DNA of 64,000 bases, taken from positions 1 through 64,000 of the IMG/VR virus record IMGVR_UViG_3300020221_000005. The stretch is one strand, 5' to 3'. Numbering within the stretch: position 1 is the stretch's first letter; every line of letters begins with the position of its first letter. The position numbers and the translations under genes were made by a program. Positions 10,256 through 19,250 of this stretch are shown here, in pieces. The stretch is from a virus. Below the pieces are notes generated by a model that made no database searches, was not told where the DNA came from, and was given only the letters and a program-made list of their open reading frames with translations.

Positions 10256-10367
10256 ATAATTAACCGTGTAGATTGCCACGGCGGGAAACCGAAAGAGCGT
10301 ATCTAAGGAACTGCTGACAATGCGGCGGCAAAGACTCCTAAAGTTTAATCAATAAACCCGCATTTTT
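10256..10367 (+). ncRNA. promoter-driven structured RNA with two predicted pseudoknots
   Basis: TTGACA-16-TATACT (10222-10249); no substantial ORF; multiple complementary segments; ends in T run. Confidence 0.55.
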
Positions 10368-10488
10368 GATTTTTTAACTCTAACGATATGACAACCATTC
10401 ACGACTTCGGATGGAGTCGAAATAATATAAATAAAATACGTTTTTATTTTTTCATATATATTTATTATCACAACTTTATATAATCCAC

Positions 10489-11373
10489 ATGAAAAAATCA
10501 GAATTAAAACAATTGATTAGAGAATGCTACAAGGAAGTCATAATAGAAAATTCAAATCCATTTTTTGACGGTAAAATTGAAGAAGAATCCAATCCATTTT
10601 TTGACAGCAAAATTGAAGACAGCAAAATTGAAAAAGAATCCAATCCATCTCACGAAACCCTCAGTGAGTATTCTGATATAAATGTGGAAGATGAGGATAT
10701 CAAAGATGCTTATGATAAAATGTTCAATGATGTAAAGAAGATAGGAAAAAAATCAGACAATCAACGATCTTATGAATATCTTAGAGAGATTCCTTTATTT
10801 AGACAAATATTGGATAAAGGATACTTTAAGACTTCTGTAAGACCAGGGGATTTGACTACCTTCTTTTCACCTTATGCGAGCACGACCGTGAAATACGAAG
10901 ACTATCTGGAAAATTGGAATGCTGCTGTTGAAAAATATGAAAAACGACATAAAAACCCTCTTACTGGAATAAAAGGATCCTTACCAGACGAATTTCGTCT
11001 GACAAAAAGGAAGGCCGAAAAACTATTGAATATTTTAAAAGCCAACAATGGAAAGCCCTTGGAGACATTCGAGCTTCTCACGCTTACAAGTCGCAATGGT
11101 GAAGATATGATAAAAATCAACTGTAAGGTTTCAAGTCTCGCCAAAATATTAACTTTAGGTATAGCAAAATCAGAATTTACCTACCTCTACGTAGCGGAGG
11201 CTAAAGGAACGTTTGCTGGCTTAGAAGGAAATATAGCAGACGACAAAGATGAACTAAACAAGCTAGGCAACGCGATACTTGCAAGTGTAGAGAAACAGGG
11301 GGGAACAGTCACCATGGGCGGTCGTAGAGTAGGTGAATTTGATAAATTTACAAGCATTTACGGACGCACTTGA
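10489..11373 (+). CDS. hypothetical, possibly virion/internal protein with MKKSELKQLIRE leader
   Basis: leader shared with 11405 and 36955; TATTTAT at 10459. Confidence 0.75.
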   Translation: MKKSELKQLIRECYKEVIIENSNPFFDGKIEEESNPFFDSKIEDSKIEKESNPSHETLSEYSDINVEDEDIKDAYDKMFNDVKKIGKKSDNQRSYEYLREIPLFRQILDKGYFKTSVRPGDLTTFFSPYASTTVKYEDYLENWNAAVEKYEKRHKNPLTGIKGSLPDEFRLTKRKAEKLLNILKANNGKPLETFELLTLTSRNGEDMIKINCKVSSLAKILTLGIAKSEFTYLYVAEAKGTFAGLEGNIADDKDELNKLGNAILASVEKQGGTVTMGGRRVGEFDKFTSIYGRT

Positions 11374-11404
11374 CAAGTTTCAAAAAACCCTCTATATAAT
11401 CCAT

Positions 11405-11620
11405 ATGAAAAAATCAGAATTAAAACAATTGATCAGAGAATGCATAAATGAATCATTCATTAATGAAAACCTTCCTGCGGGAAAAAGTGAATTAGCTAGG
11501 AAATGCGCTTTGACATTAAATTCTATAATTTCACAAATACGCAGACCTGATTTACAAGACGAAGCGGGGCGGCACGCAGCAGGGATTATAGAATTAATTG
11601 ATAAAGACAATGATTCCTAA
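11405..11620 (+). CDS. small protein with MKKSELKQLIRE leader
   Basis: start moved to ATG 11405; 5' end duplicates that of 10489. Confidence 0.7.
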   Translation: MKKSELKQLIRECINESFINENLPAGKSELARKCALTLNSIISQIRRPDLQDEAGRHAAGIIELIDKDNDS

Positions 11621-11724
11621 TATTTGATGTGGGATAAGATTTGTGGCGGTTATATCAATCAATTCGTTTATTTTGTGGTGTTGGCACTTGACAAGTTTCA
11701 AAAAACCCTCTATGATGTTACACA

Positions 11725-11922
11725 ATGAAAACTTACATCGTGTATCTGAATGGCGTTGAGGTTGGGTATATTAAAGCTGCAAATCATATTCAAGCAGAAA
11801 AGAAAGCGTGGAAGAAGCATAAAGCGTGCTTTCGGGATGATGAATCAGTCTGGTCAAAGATGGCAAACGTGTGGGTGAATGACACTTCACCAGCGGTGAG
11901 CGTAGCATACACTGAACTTTAA
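11725..11922 (+). CDS. hypothetical protein, paralog of 17485..17664
   Basis: MKTYIVYL..VGYIKA..KKAWKK. Confidence 0.75.
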   Translation: MKTYIVYLNGVEVGYIKAANHIQAEKKAWKKHKACFRDDESVWSKMANVWVNDTSPAVSVAYTEL

Positions 11923-11929
11923 ACAACAT

Positions 11930-12142
11930 ATGAACACAAATGATTTGTTATCTTGTCGTGAACAAATTCAATCGGATTTAACGAGTCTGTTAAATTCTAG
12001 GTTTTCTTTGTATCCAAAACGAGTTAGATCAAACGAGTGGGATCTTTTCACTCGTTCAGTTAGTGGAAAAGAGTTAGAAGAAATAAAAGATTTGGCGTGT
12101 AAAATAGTTGAAAATAATTTCAATAACTTTTTTGACAAATGA
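11930..12142 (+). CDS. hypothetical protein, paralog of 8241..8531
   Basis: REQIQSDL...KDLACKIV. Confidence 0.75.
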   Translation: MNTNDLLSCREQIQSDLTSLLNSRFSLYPKRVRSNEWDLFTRSVSGKELEEIKDLACKIVENNFNNFFDK

Positions 12143-12342
12143 AAGTTATTTATGTAAATGGAGTTCGTGTGCACGTGTTTTCTAATAGGCTTGTAAAAAT
12201 TTATGGTAAAACTCAAGCGATTTCTGACGCTACGATGTCATATATTGAATCTGAATTGTTATTGGATAATTTATTTAATAAACCGTGTAGTCAACAATCA
12301 CTAAATGATTCAGAGTTGAATAACGAATCTGACGAGCTTTAA
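12139..12342 (+). CDS. hypothetical protein
   Basis: ATGA overlap with upstream gene. Confidence 0.6.
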   Translation: MKVIYVNGVRVHVFSNRLVKIYGKTQAISDATMSYIESELLLDNLFNKPCSQQSLNDSELNNESDEL

Positions 12343-12431
12343 TTTTATTTGTTGATTGGAAAGATTTTAAAAAATAGTAACGCAAAATAAGCCATTGACT
12401 TTTTATAAAGTCGTGGTAAACTGGTTTCATA

Positions 12432-12737
12432 ATGAAATTGAAACTGAATCCTATCTCACTCGTCAAGTTCACTCACATTAAAGAGTCGAAGACTTTTGTT
12501 TCTGAACTCAGTGAATTGACTGGCCATGATCTTTTTCATCCTCTCTACGATGATGCGTGCGATGTGGGGTTTGATCTCGTTAACCCTTCTACGGGTGTCT
12601 CTGTGACAATGGTTTATAGCGGTGAGGAACGTGACGATGTGGGTGAGTTGGTTTGTCACTTCTTCGTTCCGATTGAGGAGGCAGTTCGGAAGAATCCTCG
12701 TTTAAACGGTTATAAGTGCGTCGTTTACAACGATTAA
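12432..12737 (+). CDS. hypothetical early protein
   Basis: after promoter 12395. Confidence 0.75.
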   Translation: MKLKLNPISLVKFTHIKESKTFVSELSELTGHDLFHPLYDDACDVGFDLVNPSTGVSVTMVYSGEERDDVGELVCHFFVPIEEAVRKNPRLNGYKCVVYND

Positions 12738-12783
12738 ATAACGGTCGACTTTTTATAAAAACAGTGTAAGCTGTCCTCACAAT

Positions 12784-12915
12784 ATGAAAGTCACTAAAGC
12801 ATATAAGTTGGTCCGAAAAACGTGGGGGGAGTTAAATCCTGTCACTCGCGTGGTTCCTTCCAAGAAGGGATACACTCGGAAAGAGAAGTTTAGAAACGAT
12901 TATTGTAAGGAATAA
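12784..12915 (+). CDS. small basic protein (43 aa, not in ORF track)
   Basis: MKVTKAYKLVRKTWGELNPVTRVVPSKKGYTRKEK... after promoter-like TCGACT..TAAGCT. Confidence 0.6.
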   Translation: MKVTKAYKLVRKTWGELNPVTRVVPSKKGYTRKEKFRNDYCKE

Positions 12916-12960
12916 CTAAAAGTCTTGTATTTTGAGGAATTTGGTGTATCTTTATTGAAC

Positions 12961-14337
12961 ATGAATTCTATTTCTACTTTATTGGAACCGCAAAAGCTAC
13001 ATGCGAAGACATTAATTGATAGTCTTTATTTGAATGGTTATGCGGTGGATAAGAGTGAGACTGGCACTGGTAAGACGTATGTGGCGTGTGCGATTGCCAA
13101 TCAAATGAATTCGCCGGTGGTGGTGATTTGTCCGAAAGTGGTGATACCTGTTTGGCATAAGGTATTGAAACAATTTGGGGTGGTTGGTTCATTAGTAATT
13201 AACTATGAGAAACTGATTCGAGGAAATACGTCGTGGGTAAAGTTTGATAAAAAGAAGTATTTTAAACGTAAGAATTGGGAATCTTCAGGAATAACTTTAA
13301 ATTTTCCTAAAAACAGTTTAGTAATTTTCGATGAGGTGCATAAGTGTCGTGGGTTTAACAGTATTAACTCGGATTTATTAATTGCGTGTGCGAATTATCG
13401 GTTTAAAATTTTGATGTTAAGTGCGACATTTGCAACCACGGTTTTAGAGTTAAAGGCATTGGGTTACGTGACTCAATTACATAACGGAGTTAATTTCACC
13501 AAGTTTTGTCAGTCTAAAGGTGCGGAATTCAATAAGTTTGGTGGAATTTCGATTGATATGTCGACAACTAAATCGATACGTGGAATGTTAGAAATTCATG
13601 AAGATTTATTTGTTACACAAAAAAGTGCGAGTCGGATGACAACCGATATGTTTACTGGGATTTTTCCTGAAAATCATATATTGGCAGAGGCATATGACAT
13701 GGGAGACAATACTGTAAAGATAAACACGATTTATGATCAAATGCAGGTGGAGTTAGATCGTCTTAATCAACGGGCGTCCAATTATAGTGCGCATGTATTT
13801 GCGATTATGATGGAGGCGCGGCGTAGAACCGAGTTATTAAAGGTTCCGAGTTTGGTTGAACAGGTTGAGGATTGGTATGAAGAAGGTATTAGTCCGGTGG
13901 TGTTTTTGAATTTTACGGATAGTATTGAAGCATTAGAAAATCGGTTATTGAAGAATACCAAGTTAGTTAATTCAATAGGTAAGATTGTAGGTGGTCAGAG
14001 TGATAAACGACGTCAGGCTGACATCGATGAGTTTAATTTAGATCGTAAGAGAATTATGTTAGTGAATATGATGGCAGGCAATGCGGGAGTAAGCTTACAT
14101 GATTTGAATGGAAAGTATCCTCGTGCGTCAATATTGATTCCAAGTTTTAGTGCAATAAATTTGTTACAAGCGTTAGGGCGAATTGCTCGTCAAGGCGGAT
14201 TGACAAAGTGTTTGCAAAAGATTATCTTTAGCAGCAATACTATTGAAGAACATGCGTGTGAGAGAGTTCAGACTCGGCTCAATAATTTATCCGCGTTAAA
14301 CGATGGAGATTTGAAGAGTGGTATTCATTTAGTTTAA
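12961..14337 (+). CDS. superfamily 2 helicase
   Basis: ETGTGKT, DEVH, SAT, QALGRIAR motifs. Confidence 0.85.
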   Translation: MNSISTLLEPQKLHAKTLIDSLYLNGYAVDKSETGTGKTYVACAIANQMNSPVVVICPKVVIPVWHKVLKQFGVVGSLVINYEKLIRGNTSWVKFDKKKYFKRKNWESSGITLNFPKNSLVIFDEVHKCRGFNSINSDLLIACANYRFKILMLSATFATTVLELKALGYVTQLHNGVNFTKFCQSKGAEFNKFGGISIDMSTTKSIRGMLEIHEDLFVTQKSASRMTTDMFTGIFPENHILAEAYDMGDNTVKINTIYDQMQVELDRLNQRASNYSAHVFAIMMEARRRTELLKVPSLVEQVEDWYEEGISPVVFLNFTDSIEALENRLLKNTKLVNSIGKIVGGQSDKRRQADIDEFNLDRKRIMLVNMMAGNAGVSLHDLNGKYPRASILIPSFSAINLLQALGRIARQGGLTKCLQKIIFSSNTIEEHACERVQTRLNNLSALNDGDLKSGIHLV

Positions 14338-14345
14338 TTAAGGTC

Positions 14346-14627
14346 ATGACAAAGATCCTACCAATTAAATATCGTTCATACATCGATCGTATTAAGTCGC
14401 CGCTTATGGATGATCATAAAACATGTGAACATGATCCTATTGAAATTTCTGATTCGGAGATTAAGGTATTTATTCAACGTTGGTTGTTTGATGAAAACTA
14501 TCATTACGTTTTGATTTATTATAAAAATGAGTTGTGGTTAGTTGAGAAGGATTCTTCGACCAGTTATTGTAAAAAATTGATTAATTATCATCCTTTAGAA
14601 AACTTATTTTCAAACAAAAAAATTTAA
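14346..14627 (+). CDS. hypothetical protein
   Basis: ORF in operon context. Confidence 0.6.
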   Translation: MTKILPIKYRSYIDRIKSPLMDDHKTCEHDPIEISDSEIKVFIQRWLFDENYHYVLIYYKNELWLVEKDSSTSYCKKLINYHPLENLFSNKKI

Positions 14628-14675
14628 ATTTAAAAATTGTTTGACTTTTTTTAAATTTAAGATATACTTTTAAAA

Positions 14676-14927
14676 ATGAACATCTGTGGTTGTGGAAACA
14701 AAATTTCAGAGGAACGATCTATTTTAGGATACAAGATATGTTTATCTTGTGGAGAAGAAATTGCCCGAAACAAATCACCCTATGGATACATTCATTATGG
14801 ACATAAGACGGCAGGTTCAATAGTTATTACTTCTAAACGAGGATTTCAAAATTATCAAAAAGTATCTTATCGTAAGAACAAAGGCAGCAATTTAGCTTAT
14901 TCTTCTAAATTAACCACTCAATTTTAA
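14676..14927 (+). CDS. DksA/TraR-like C4 Zn-finger protein
   Basis: CGCGNKISEER..LGYKICLSC. Confidence 0.55.
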   Translation: MNICGCGNKISEERSILGYKICLSCGEEIARNKSPYGYIHYGHKTAGSIVITSKRGFQNYQKVSYRKNKGSNLAYSSKLTTQF

Positions 14928-14929
14928 TT

Positions 14930-15118
14930 ATGAAAAAAAAATTTGTAGTCATTAAAGATGGTAAAGATCGAACATATCTTTCGATTTTAGGTTGGTCAGA
15001 AAACAAAAACTCCGCAACTTTATTTGAATTGGATGATGCCAAAAATTTGATTTTTGATAAAAAAATAGAATTTGAAAGTCCAGAGTCAAATCTGGAATCA
15101 AGTCAATTAAAAAAATAG
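14930..15118 (+). CDS. hypothetical protein
   Basis: ORF in operon context. Confidence 0.55.
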   Translation: MKKKFVVIKDGKDRTYLSILGWSENKNSATLFELDDAKNLIFDKKIEFESPESNLESSQLKK

Positions 15119-15161
15119 TTTGACATTTGATAAAGTAATCAACCGTTAAATAAAAACATCT

Positions 15162-16082
15162 ATGATCGAAAGTCTTACTTCTAAACAAATGGAAAAATTA
15201 AAGGTGTATGCGAACGAATGGATTCAAAAAGGAATCTGTTCTAAGTTTCCCTCTAAGAAACGTGTTCATCAAATTATTGATGCATTTTATAAAAACGCAG
15301 GTGAGAAGACTCCTAAAATCTACATTGTCGATTCTCCCGCCAAGGCAATCAGGTTGGCCAAAGAGATGGGTGCACTTAGATCAGAAATTAACTTCGGTTG
15401 GATGAATCACAACGTTGGCGGCGTATCATTATATGAATTCTTCCGAAAAGAAGTTAAACTCCAGAATATCACGCCCAATCAGTTTTTCGTGGATGGTATG
15501 GAACTGGGTTGGACGTTGTTTTTCGATACCGCGTGCATTGTTTGCAAGAAGCCTAAAGTTTATTTTGAACAAAACCACGAAGATATTCGCGCTGGAACAA
15601 TTTCACTTCTACATCGAATGGATGGACCCGCAATTGACTTTGGTAAGGATGATGAGAGCAATGTCTATGCCATTCGAGGGGTAATTGTTGAACGATACGT
15701 GGTTGAAAATCCTGAAAAGATCACCGTCAATGACATTGAAAACGAAATAAATATTGAAGTGAGACGAGTCAAAATTGATCAGTATAGTCAAAGCCGTTAC
15801 CTTAACGACAGTGGTGCAATCGTTGTGAATTCGGATGACTTTGGTGTTCTTTATCGGAAGGAACTTTTTGGCGATGAACCGCTGATGATGGTCAAGGTCG
15901 TCAATTCTACGATGGAGTCGGATGGCACCTTTAAGGATTACTTCATCCGCGTTGATCCTAACGCTTACGGTGGTCTTAAAACCGCTCGCGCAGCCGTTGC
16001 TTCAACCTGGCGCAATGAAGATGGCAGTATGATGTTTGAGACACCCGAACAATACTGTGATCAATTACAGGTTCAGACCTAA
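15162..16082 (+). CDS. DUF6745-like protein
   Basis: LHRMDGPAI, NIEVRRV, VKVVNST..DGTFKDYFIRVDP, TARAAVASTW. Confidence 0.75.
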   Translation: MIESLTSKQMEKLKVYANEWIQKGICSKFPSKKRVHQIIDAFYKNAGEKTPKIYIVDSPAKAIRLAKEMGALRSEINFGWMNHNVGGVSLYEFFRKEVKLQNITPNQFFVDGMELGWTLFFDTACIVCKKPKVYFEQNHEDIRAGTISLLHRMDGPAIDFGKDDESNVYAIRGVIVERYVVENPEKITVNDIENEINIEVRRVKIDQYSQSRYLNDSGAIVVNSDDFGVLYRKELFGDEPLMMVKVVNSTMESDGTFKDYFIRVDPNAYGGLKTARAAVASTWRNEDGSMMFETPEQYCDQLQVQT

Positions 16083-16166
16083 TTGATACTGTTAAAGTAA
16101 GTGTGGATAAATTAATAGATTGACATTTGAAAAAAATTTGATAAATTAGTATAAAGAATTAAAAAA

Positions 16167-16484
16167 ATGAAAAATAAACTATTCAGACAGGGAGATGTTC
16201 TTCTTATTCCAATTACATCTATTCCAAATTCATTGAAGCGAACCAAACGAGTTACTTTGGCCCTTGGTGAAGTTACCGGCCATCATCACAGTATTTTAGA
16301 TGGTAACGCGGTGGGTTATGCTGATAATGAGAATTCTTTGGCCAAGTATGTCGAGGTGAATAAACCAGCAGGAGCTTCTCTCACTCATCAAGAACATGAT
16401 ACTATCGTGTTGCCCGAGGGAAATTATCGTGTGGTTGGTCAAGTTGAATATACCCCAGAGAGACTATCTCGTGTAACGGATTGA
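16167..16484 (+). CDS. RQGD/His-rich partner protein of DUF6745
   Basis: RQGDV, LALGEVTGHHH, LTHQEH..I.LP.GNY. Confidence 0.75.
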   Translation: MKNKLFRQGDVLLIPITSIPNSLKRTKRVTLALGEVTGHHHSILDGNAVGYADNENSLAKYVEVNKPAGASLTHQEHDTIVLPEGNYRVVGQVEYTPERLSRVTD

Positions 16485-16519
16485 CATTAAACCCATGAAC
16501 AAGTCTATGGGTCAAGTCG

Positions 16520-16717
16520 ATGAAAAGCTTAACTGATAAAATTTATTGGGAAGTCTATGAGCAAGTCGATGATCAAGTCGATGATCAAGTCTGGGATCAA
16601 GTCGGTAATCAAGTTGGTAGACAAATCTGGGATCAAGTCGGTAGTCAAATCTGGAATCACGTCGGTAGGCAAGTCTGGAATCAAGTCTGGAATAAAGTCG
16701 ATGAAAAGCTTAACTGA
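16520..16717 (+). CDS. xQVW/xQVG tetrapeptide-repeat protein, copy 1
   Basis: MKSLTDKIYWEV(DQVW)n..VDEKLN. Confidence 0.65.
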   Translation: MKSLTDKIYWEVYEQVDDQVDDQVWDQVGNQVGRQIWDQVGSQIWNHVGRQVWNQVWNKVDEKLN

Positions 16718-16898
16718 TAAAATTTATTGGGAAGTCTATGAGCAAGTCGATGATCAAGTCTGGGATCAAGTCGGTAATCAAGTTGGTAGACAAATCTGGG
16801 ATCAAGCCGGTAGTCAAGTTAGTAGACAAATCTGGGATCAAATCGGTAGTCAAGTCGGTAGACAAATCTGGGATCAAGTCGATGAAAAGCTTAACTGA
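16701..16898 (+). CDS. xQVW/xQVG tetrapeptide-repeat protein, copy 2
   Basis: internal start of track ORF 16557..16898. Confidence 0.65.
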   Translation: MKSLTDKIYWEVYEQVDDQVWDQVGNQVGRQIWDQAGSQVSRQIWDQIGSQVGRQIWDQVDEKLN

Positions 16899-17091
16899 TA
16901 AAATTTATTGGGAAGTCGATGATCAAGTCTGGGATCAGGTCGGTAGTCAAGTCGGTAGTCAAATCTGGGATCAAGTCGGTAGTCAAGTTGGTAGGCAAGT
17001 CTGGGATCAAGTCTGGGATCAAGTCGGTAGTCAAGTCCGGAATCAAGTTTATGGAATCAATTCGGGATTGATTCAGTTAGTTGACAATTAG
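16882..17091 (+). CDS. xQVW/xQVG tetrapeptide-repeat protein, copy 3
   Basis: internal start of track ORF 16738..17091. Confidence 0.6.
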   Translation: MKSLTDKIYWEVDDQVWDQVGSQVGSQIWDQVGSQVGRQVWDQVWDQVGSQVRNQVYGINSGLIQLVDN

Positions 17092-17127
17092 GATTTTGTC
17101 ATATATATTAATGGTGTTTGGAATAAT

Positions 17128-17221
17128 GCTGTCGTGACCGGAATTGGATGAACGGCTCAGGTTTCTACCCTGAATGAGATAATATCAAACGTTGCAGGTT
17201 CGAATCCTGCCGACAGTACCA
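17128..17221 (+). tRNA. tRNA-Arg(UCU) with long variable arm
   Basis: acceptor GCTGTCG/CGACAGT, A73, CCA; stem TCAGG/CCTGA, loop TTTCTAC; A20; ~20-nt variable region. Confidence 0.8.
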
Positions 17222-17378
17222 CAAAATGTGAGACCTTCTCAAACGCGAGAGGTTTTAAATACAAGGCAGGGTTTATTAATTAAATTCAAATAAGTTATGG
17301 AAATAATTCATGTTTAATTTGTTTAAATACGATTGACTATAATTAGATAAATCATATATTAATACAAATTTATTTTAA

Positions 17379-17453
17379 GTCCGGATAGTTTAATTGGTTT
17401 AAAACAGTTCGTTTTCAGCGAGCAAGATGTGGGTTCGACTCCCATTCCGGATG
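17379..17453 (+). tRNA. tRNA-Glu(UUC), CCA not encoded
   Basis: GTCCGGA/TCCGGAT, loop TTTTCAG, T-loop TTCGACT. Confidence 0.85.
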
Positions 17454-17484
17454 CTAATATTTAAATTTAAAACAAAGATCAAAC

Positions 17485-17664
17485 ATGAAAAATTATGCAA
17501 TTTATTTAAAAAAAATTAGAGTGGGATACCTTAAAGCAAAAAATTTGACGAACGCAAATAAAAAAGCTTTTAAAAAGTGGTCAACGCTGGTTAAGATAAC
17601 ACCTAAAGACATAAAAGTGGTTTATGTTAAAGAAATAACTTCTCCACTTATAAGGTTTAATTAG
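17485..17664 (+). CDS. hypothetical protein (59 aa, not in track), paralog of 11725..11922
   Basis: MKNYAIYLKKIRVGYLKAKNLTNANKKAFKKW. Confidence 0.65.
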   Translation: MKNYAIYLKKIRVGYLKAKNLTNANKKAFKKWSTLVKITPKDIKVVYVKEITSPLIRFN

Positions 17665-17757
17665 GTTCCATGATGTAATGGTAACATGACAGACTTATAA
17701 TCTGTATATGCTCTAGATTGGAGCGCTATCTCGGTTCGAGTCCGGGTGGAACCACCA
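17664..17757 (+). tRNA. tRNA-Ile(UAU) with long variable arm
   Basis: GGTTCCA/TGGAACC, A73, CCA; stem ACAGA/TCTGT, loop CTTATAA; variable stem GCTCTA/TGGAGC. Confidence 0.85.
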
Positions 17758-17875
17758 TTTGTTAAGAAATAGTTGAGATTCCAACCATACATATATATTA
17801 AACTCCATCAGTTAGTCAACCAAATATATTTTTTTCTCTACCACGTAGAGAGGCGGTACCACCAGAGAAATTAAA

Positions 17876-17951
17876 TGGTGGCTAAGATGGGATTCGAACC
17901 CATACTACATTCATTTTAAGTGAATTGACTCTGCCGTTGGTCTACTTAGCC
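17876..17951 (-). tRNA. tRNA-Leu(UAA) with short variable loop
   Basis: GGCTAAG/CTTAGCC, A73, CCA; loop CTTAAAA; 5-nt variable loop. Confidence 0.85.
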
Positions 17952-17962
17952 ATTTGAAATTT

Positions 17963-18175
17963 TTAAACAATAGAATTGTTTTTTAAGTAATTTTCGAGCG
18001 CAGTGTCTCCGTCAATAATATCCTCAACTGAATCCAAAGCAACTATCGCAGTCTCGATCTGTTCAATTAGCTCTTGTTTAGCATCTTCTGTTGCAAATGA
18101 ACGAGTAACGTCAGCAATAGAATCTATATCACGTATAATCTGTTGAATTTTTAATTTAGCCGTTTCACTCGTCAT
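17963..18175 (-). CDS. hypothetical helical protein
   Basis: minus-strand TTGACA..TATACT promoter directly upstream. Confidence 0.7.
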   Translation of the reverse strand: MTSETAKLKIQQIIRDIDSIADVTRSFATEDAKQELIEQIETAIVALDSVEDIIDGDTALENYLKNNSIV

Positions 18176-18217
18176 AAATAAAGTATAGCGAATTTTTAAT
18201 GTGTGTCAAGAAGCGAT

Positions 18218-18604
18218 TCACCAGCTTAACCCCCCAGAGTGAACGCCAAAATGATTCATAATTAACTTTTCAATTTTCTTAATAGTAGAATACATTTCTG
18301 GAATTTTATCCATAGGAATAGTTGAACCTTGACCAAAATAAGTTTTATACATACCCTCATCTTCGTATCTTCTATAAACTTGGTCTGCACGAAGACGACT
18401 ACGACCACCATCAGGCATAGAAAAATTAAAATAAATTACAAATGATGGAAGATGCGTCTGCTCCATAAATAAAACAACCGCTGAATCTTCCCCGTCTTTT
18501 ATAGGAAATTCGCTTGTTCTTGTTCTTGAAGGAATAAAAGATGCCTCAATCGAATTGGCGTTAAGTAGTTTCGCAAATTTGTTGCTCTTAAAATAGATTT
18601 TCAT
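18218..18604 (-). CDS. hypothetical protein
   Basis: start moved to ATG 18604 after TTGACT promoter at 18643. Confidence 0.7.
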   Translation of the reverse strand: MKIYFKSNKFAKLLNANSIEASFIPSRTRTSEFPIKDGEDSAVVLFMEQTHLPSFVIYFNFSMPDGGRSRLRADQVYRRYEDEGMYKTYFGQGSTIPMDKIPEMYSTIKKIEKLIMNHFGVHSGGLSW

Positions 18605-18656
18605 ACTGTGAGGACAGCTTAAACTATTTTTATAAAAAGTCAATCCCTATCTTAAA

Positions 18657-18938
18657 TCAAGTCTTCAATTTTGATGGTTCCGGCTTTAGTTCTGCCGGCA
18701 GAAATTCTTCGTTGACATGACCACAAGATGCACATTGAAACGTAGGAATAGGCATATAAGAATCTTTTGGTGCTCCCGTCAAAATACGAGATACTCGTCG
18801 CATCATCACTACTTGTTGAAAGGTAGTGTTTTTGCATTCGTCACATTCAACCTGTTGAGTATCTCGAAGTGATACTTGAGTTTTAGCCGATGACATTGAA
18901 GCTGCGTCTATTTGATTTTGAAAATTTGATGAATTCAT
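18657..18938 (-). CDS. Zn-ribbon protein
   Basis: CDEC...CASCGH. Confidence 0.75.
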   Translation of the reverse strand: MNSSNFQNQIDAASMSSAKTQVSLRDTQQVECDECKNTTFQQVVMMRRVSRILTGAPKDSYMPIPTFQCASCGHVNEEFLPAELKPEPSKLKT

Positions 18939-18941
18939 AAT

Positions 18942-19136
18942 TTAAACTTTAAACGAAGAATTTGTTACGTCAACAAAAATTTCTCCGTTGCATAAAAAAA
19001 TCGTACTGTAGTTGTCGGATACTTTTTCAATTTTATAAATTTGAACCACGTCGTTTGATTTATAATTTTTATAAAATGTATCTCCATAAATGTCAATTAC
19101 TTGTACACACGTAGCCTTTGTAAATATAATTCTCAT
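18942..19136 (-). CDS. hypothetical protein
   Basis: ORF in minus-strand cluster. Confidence 0.6.
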   Translation of the reverse strand: MRIIFTKATCVQVIDIYGDTFYKNYKSNDVVQIYKIEKVSDNYSTIFLCNGEIFVDVTNSSFKV

Positions 19137-19250
19137 CTCGATTCAACACAATTTTTAAAATTTATTTAGTTTGATTATGAATGAGACTTAATCGATCGTC
19201 AATCAAAACAGTTTGTTTATTAACCTACCCGTTGGGGGGGTACCGCCAGA

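Larger units (their letters stand above)
16495..17050. repeat. 181-bp triplication built from shuffled 12-bp units (GATCAAGTCTGG / AGTCAAGTCGGT)
   Basis: identical starts ATGAAAAGCTTAACTGATAAAATTTATTGGGAAGTC at 16520, 16701, 16882. Confidence 0.95.

Noticed and set aside
10264-10364. Pistol, twister, fluoride or preQ1 motif
   Set aside because: Pseudoknot topology is present, but I could not find the conserved nucleotides of these classes
16520-17091. Diversity-generating retroelement or CRISPR
   Set aside because: Differences are reorderings of 12-bp units, not adenine-specific substitutions; no reverse transcriptase in the window
17128-17757. Suppressor tRNAs (CUA, UCA, UUA) and stop-codon recoding
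   Set aside because: Stem pairing fixes 7-nt loops with anticodons UCU, UUC and UAU; long genes are intact under the standard code and end in TAA, TAG and TGA
17835-17868. T-box-like GGTGGTACCGC on the minus strand
   Set aside because: Lies downstream of tRNA-Leu with no stem I or regulated gene; more likely a hairpin between convergent units
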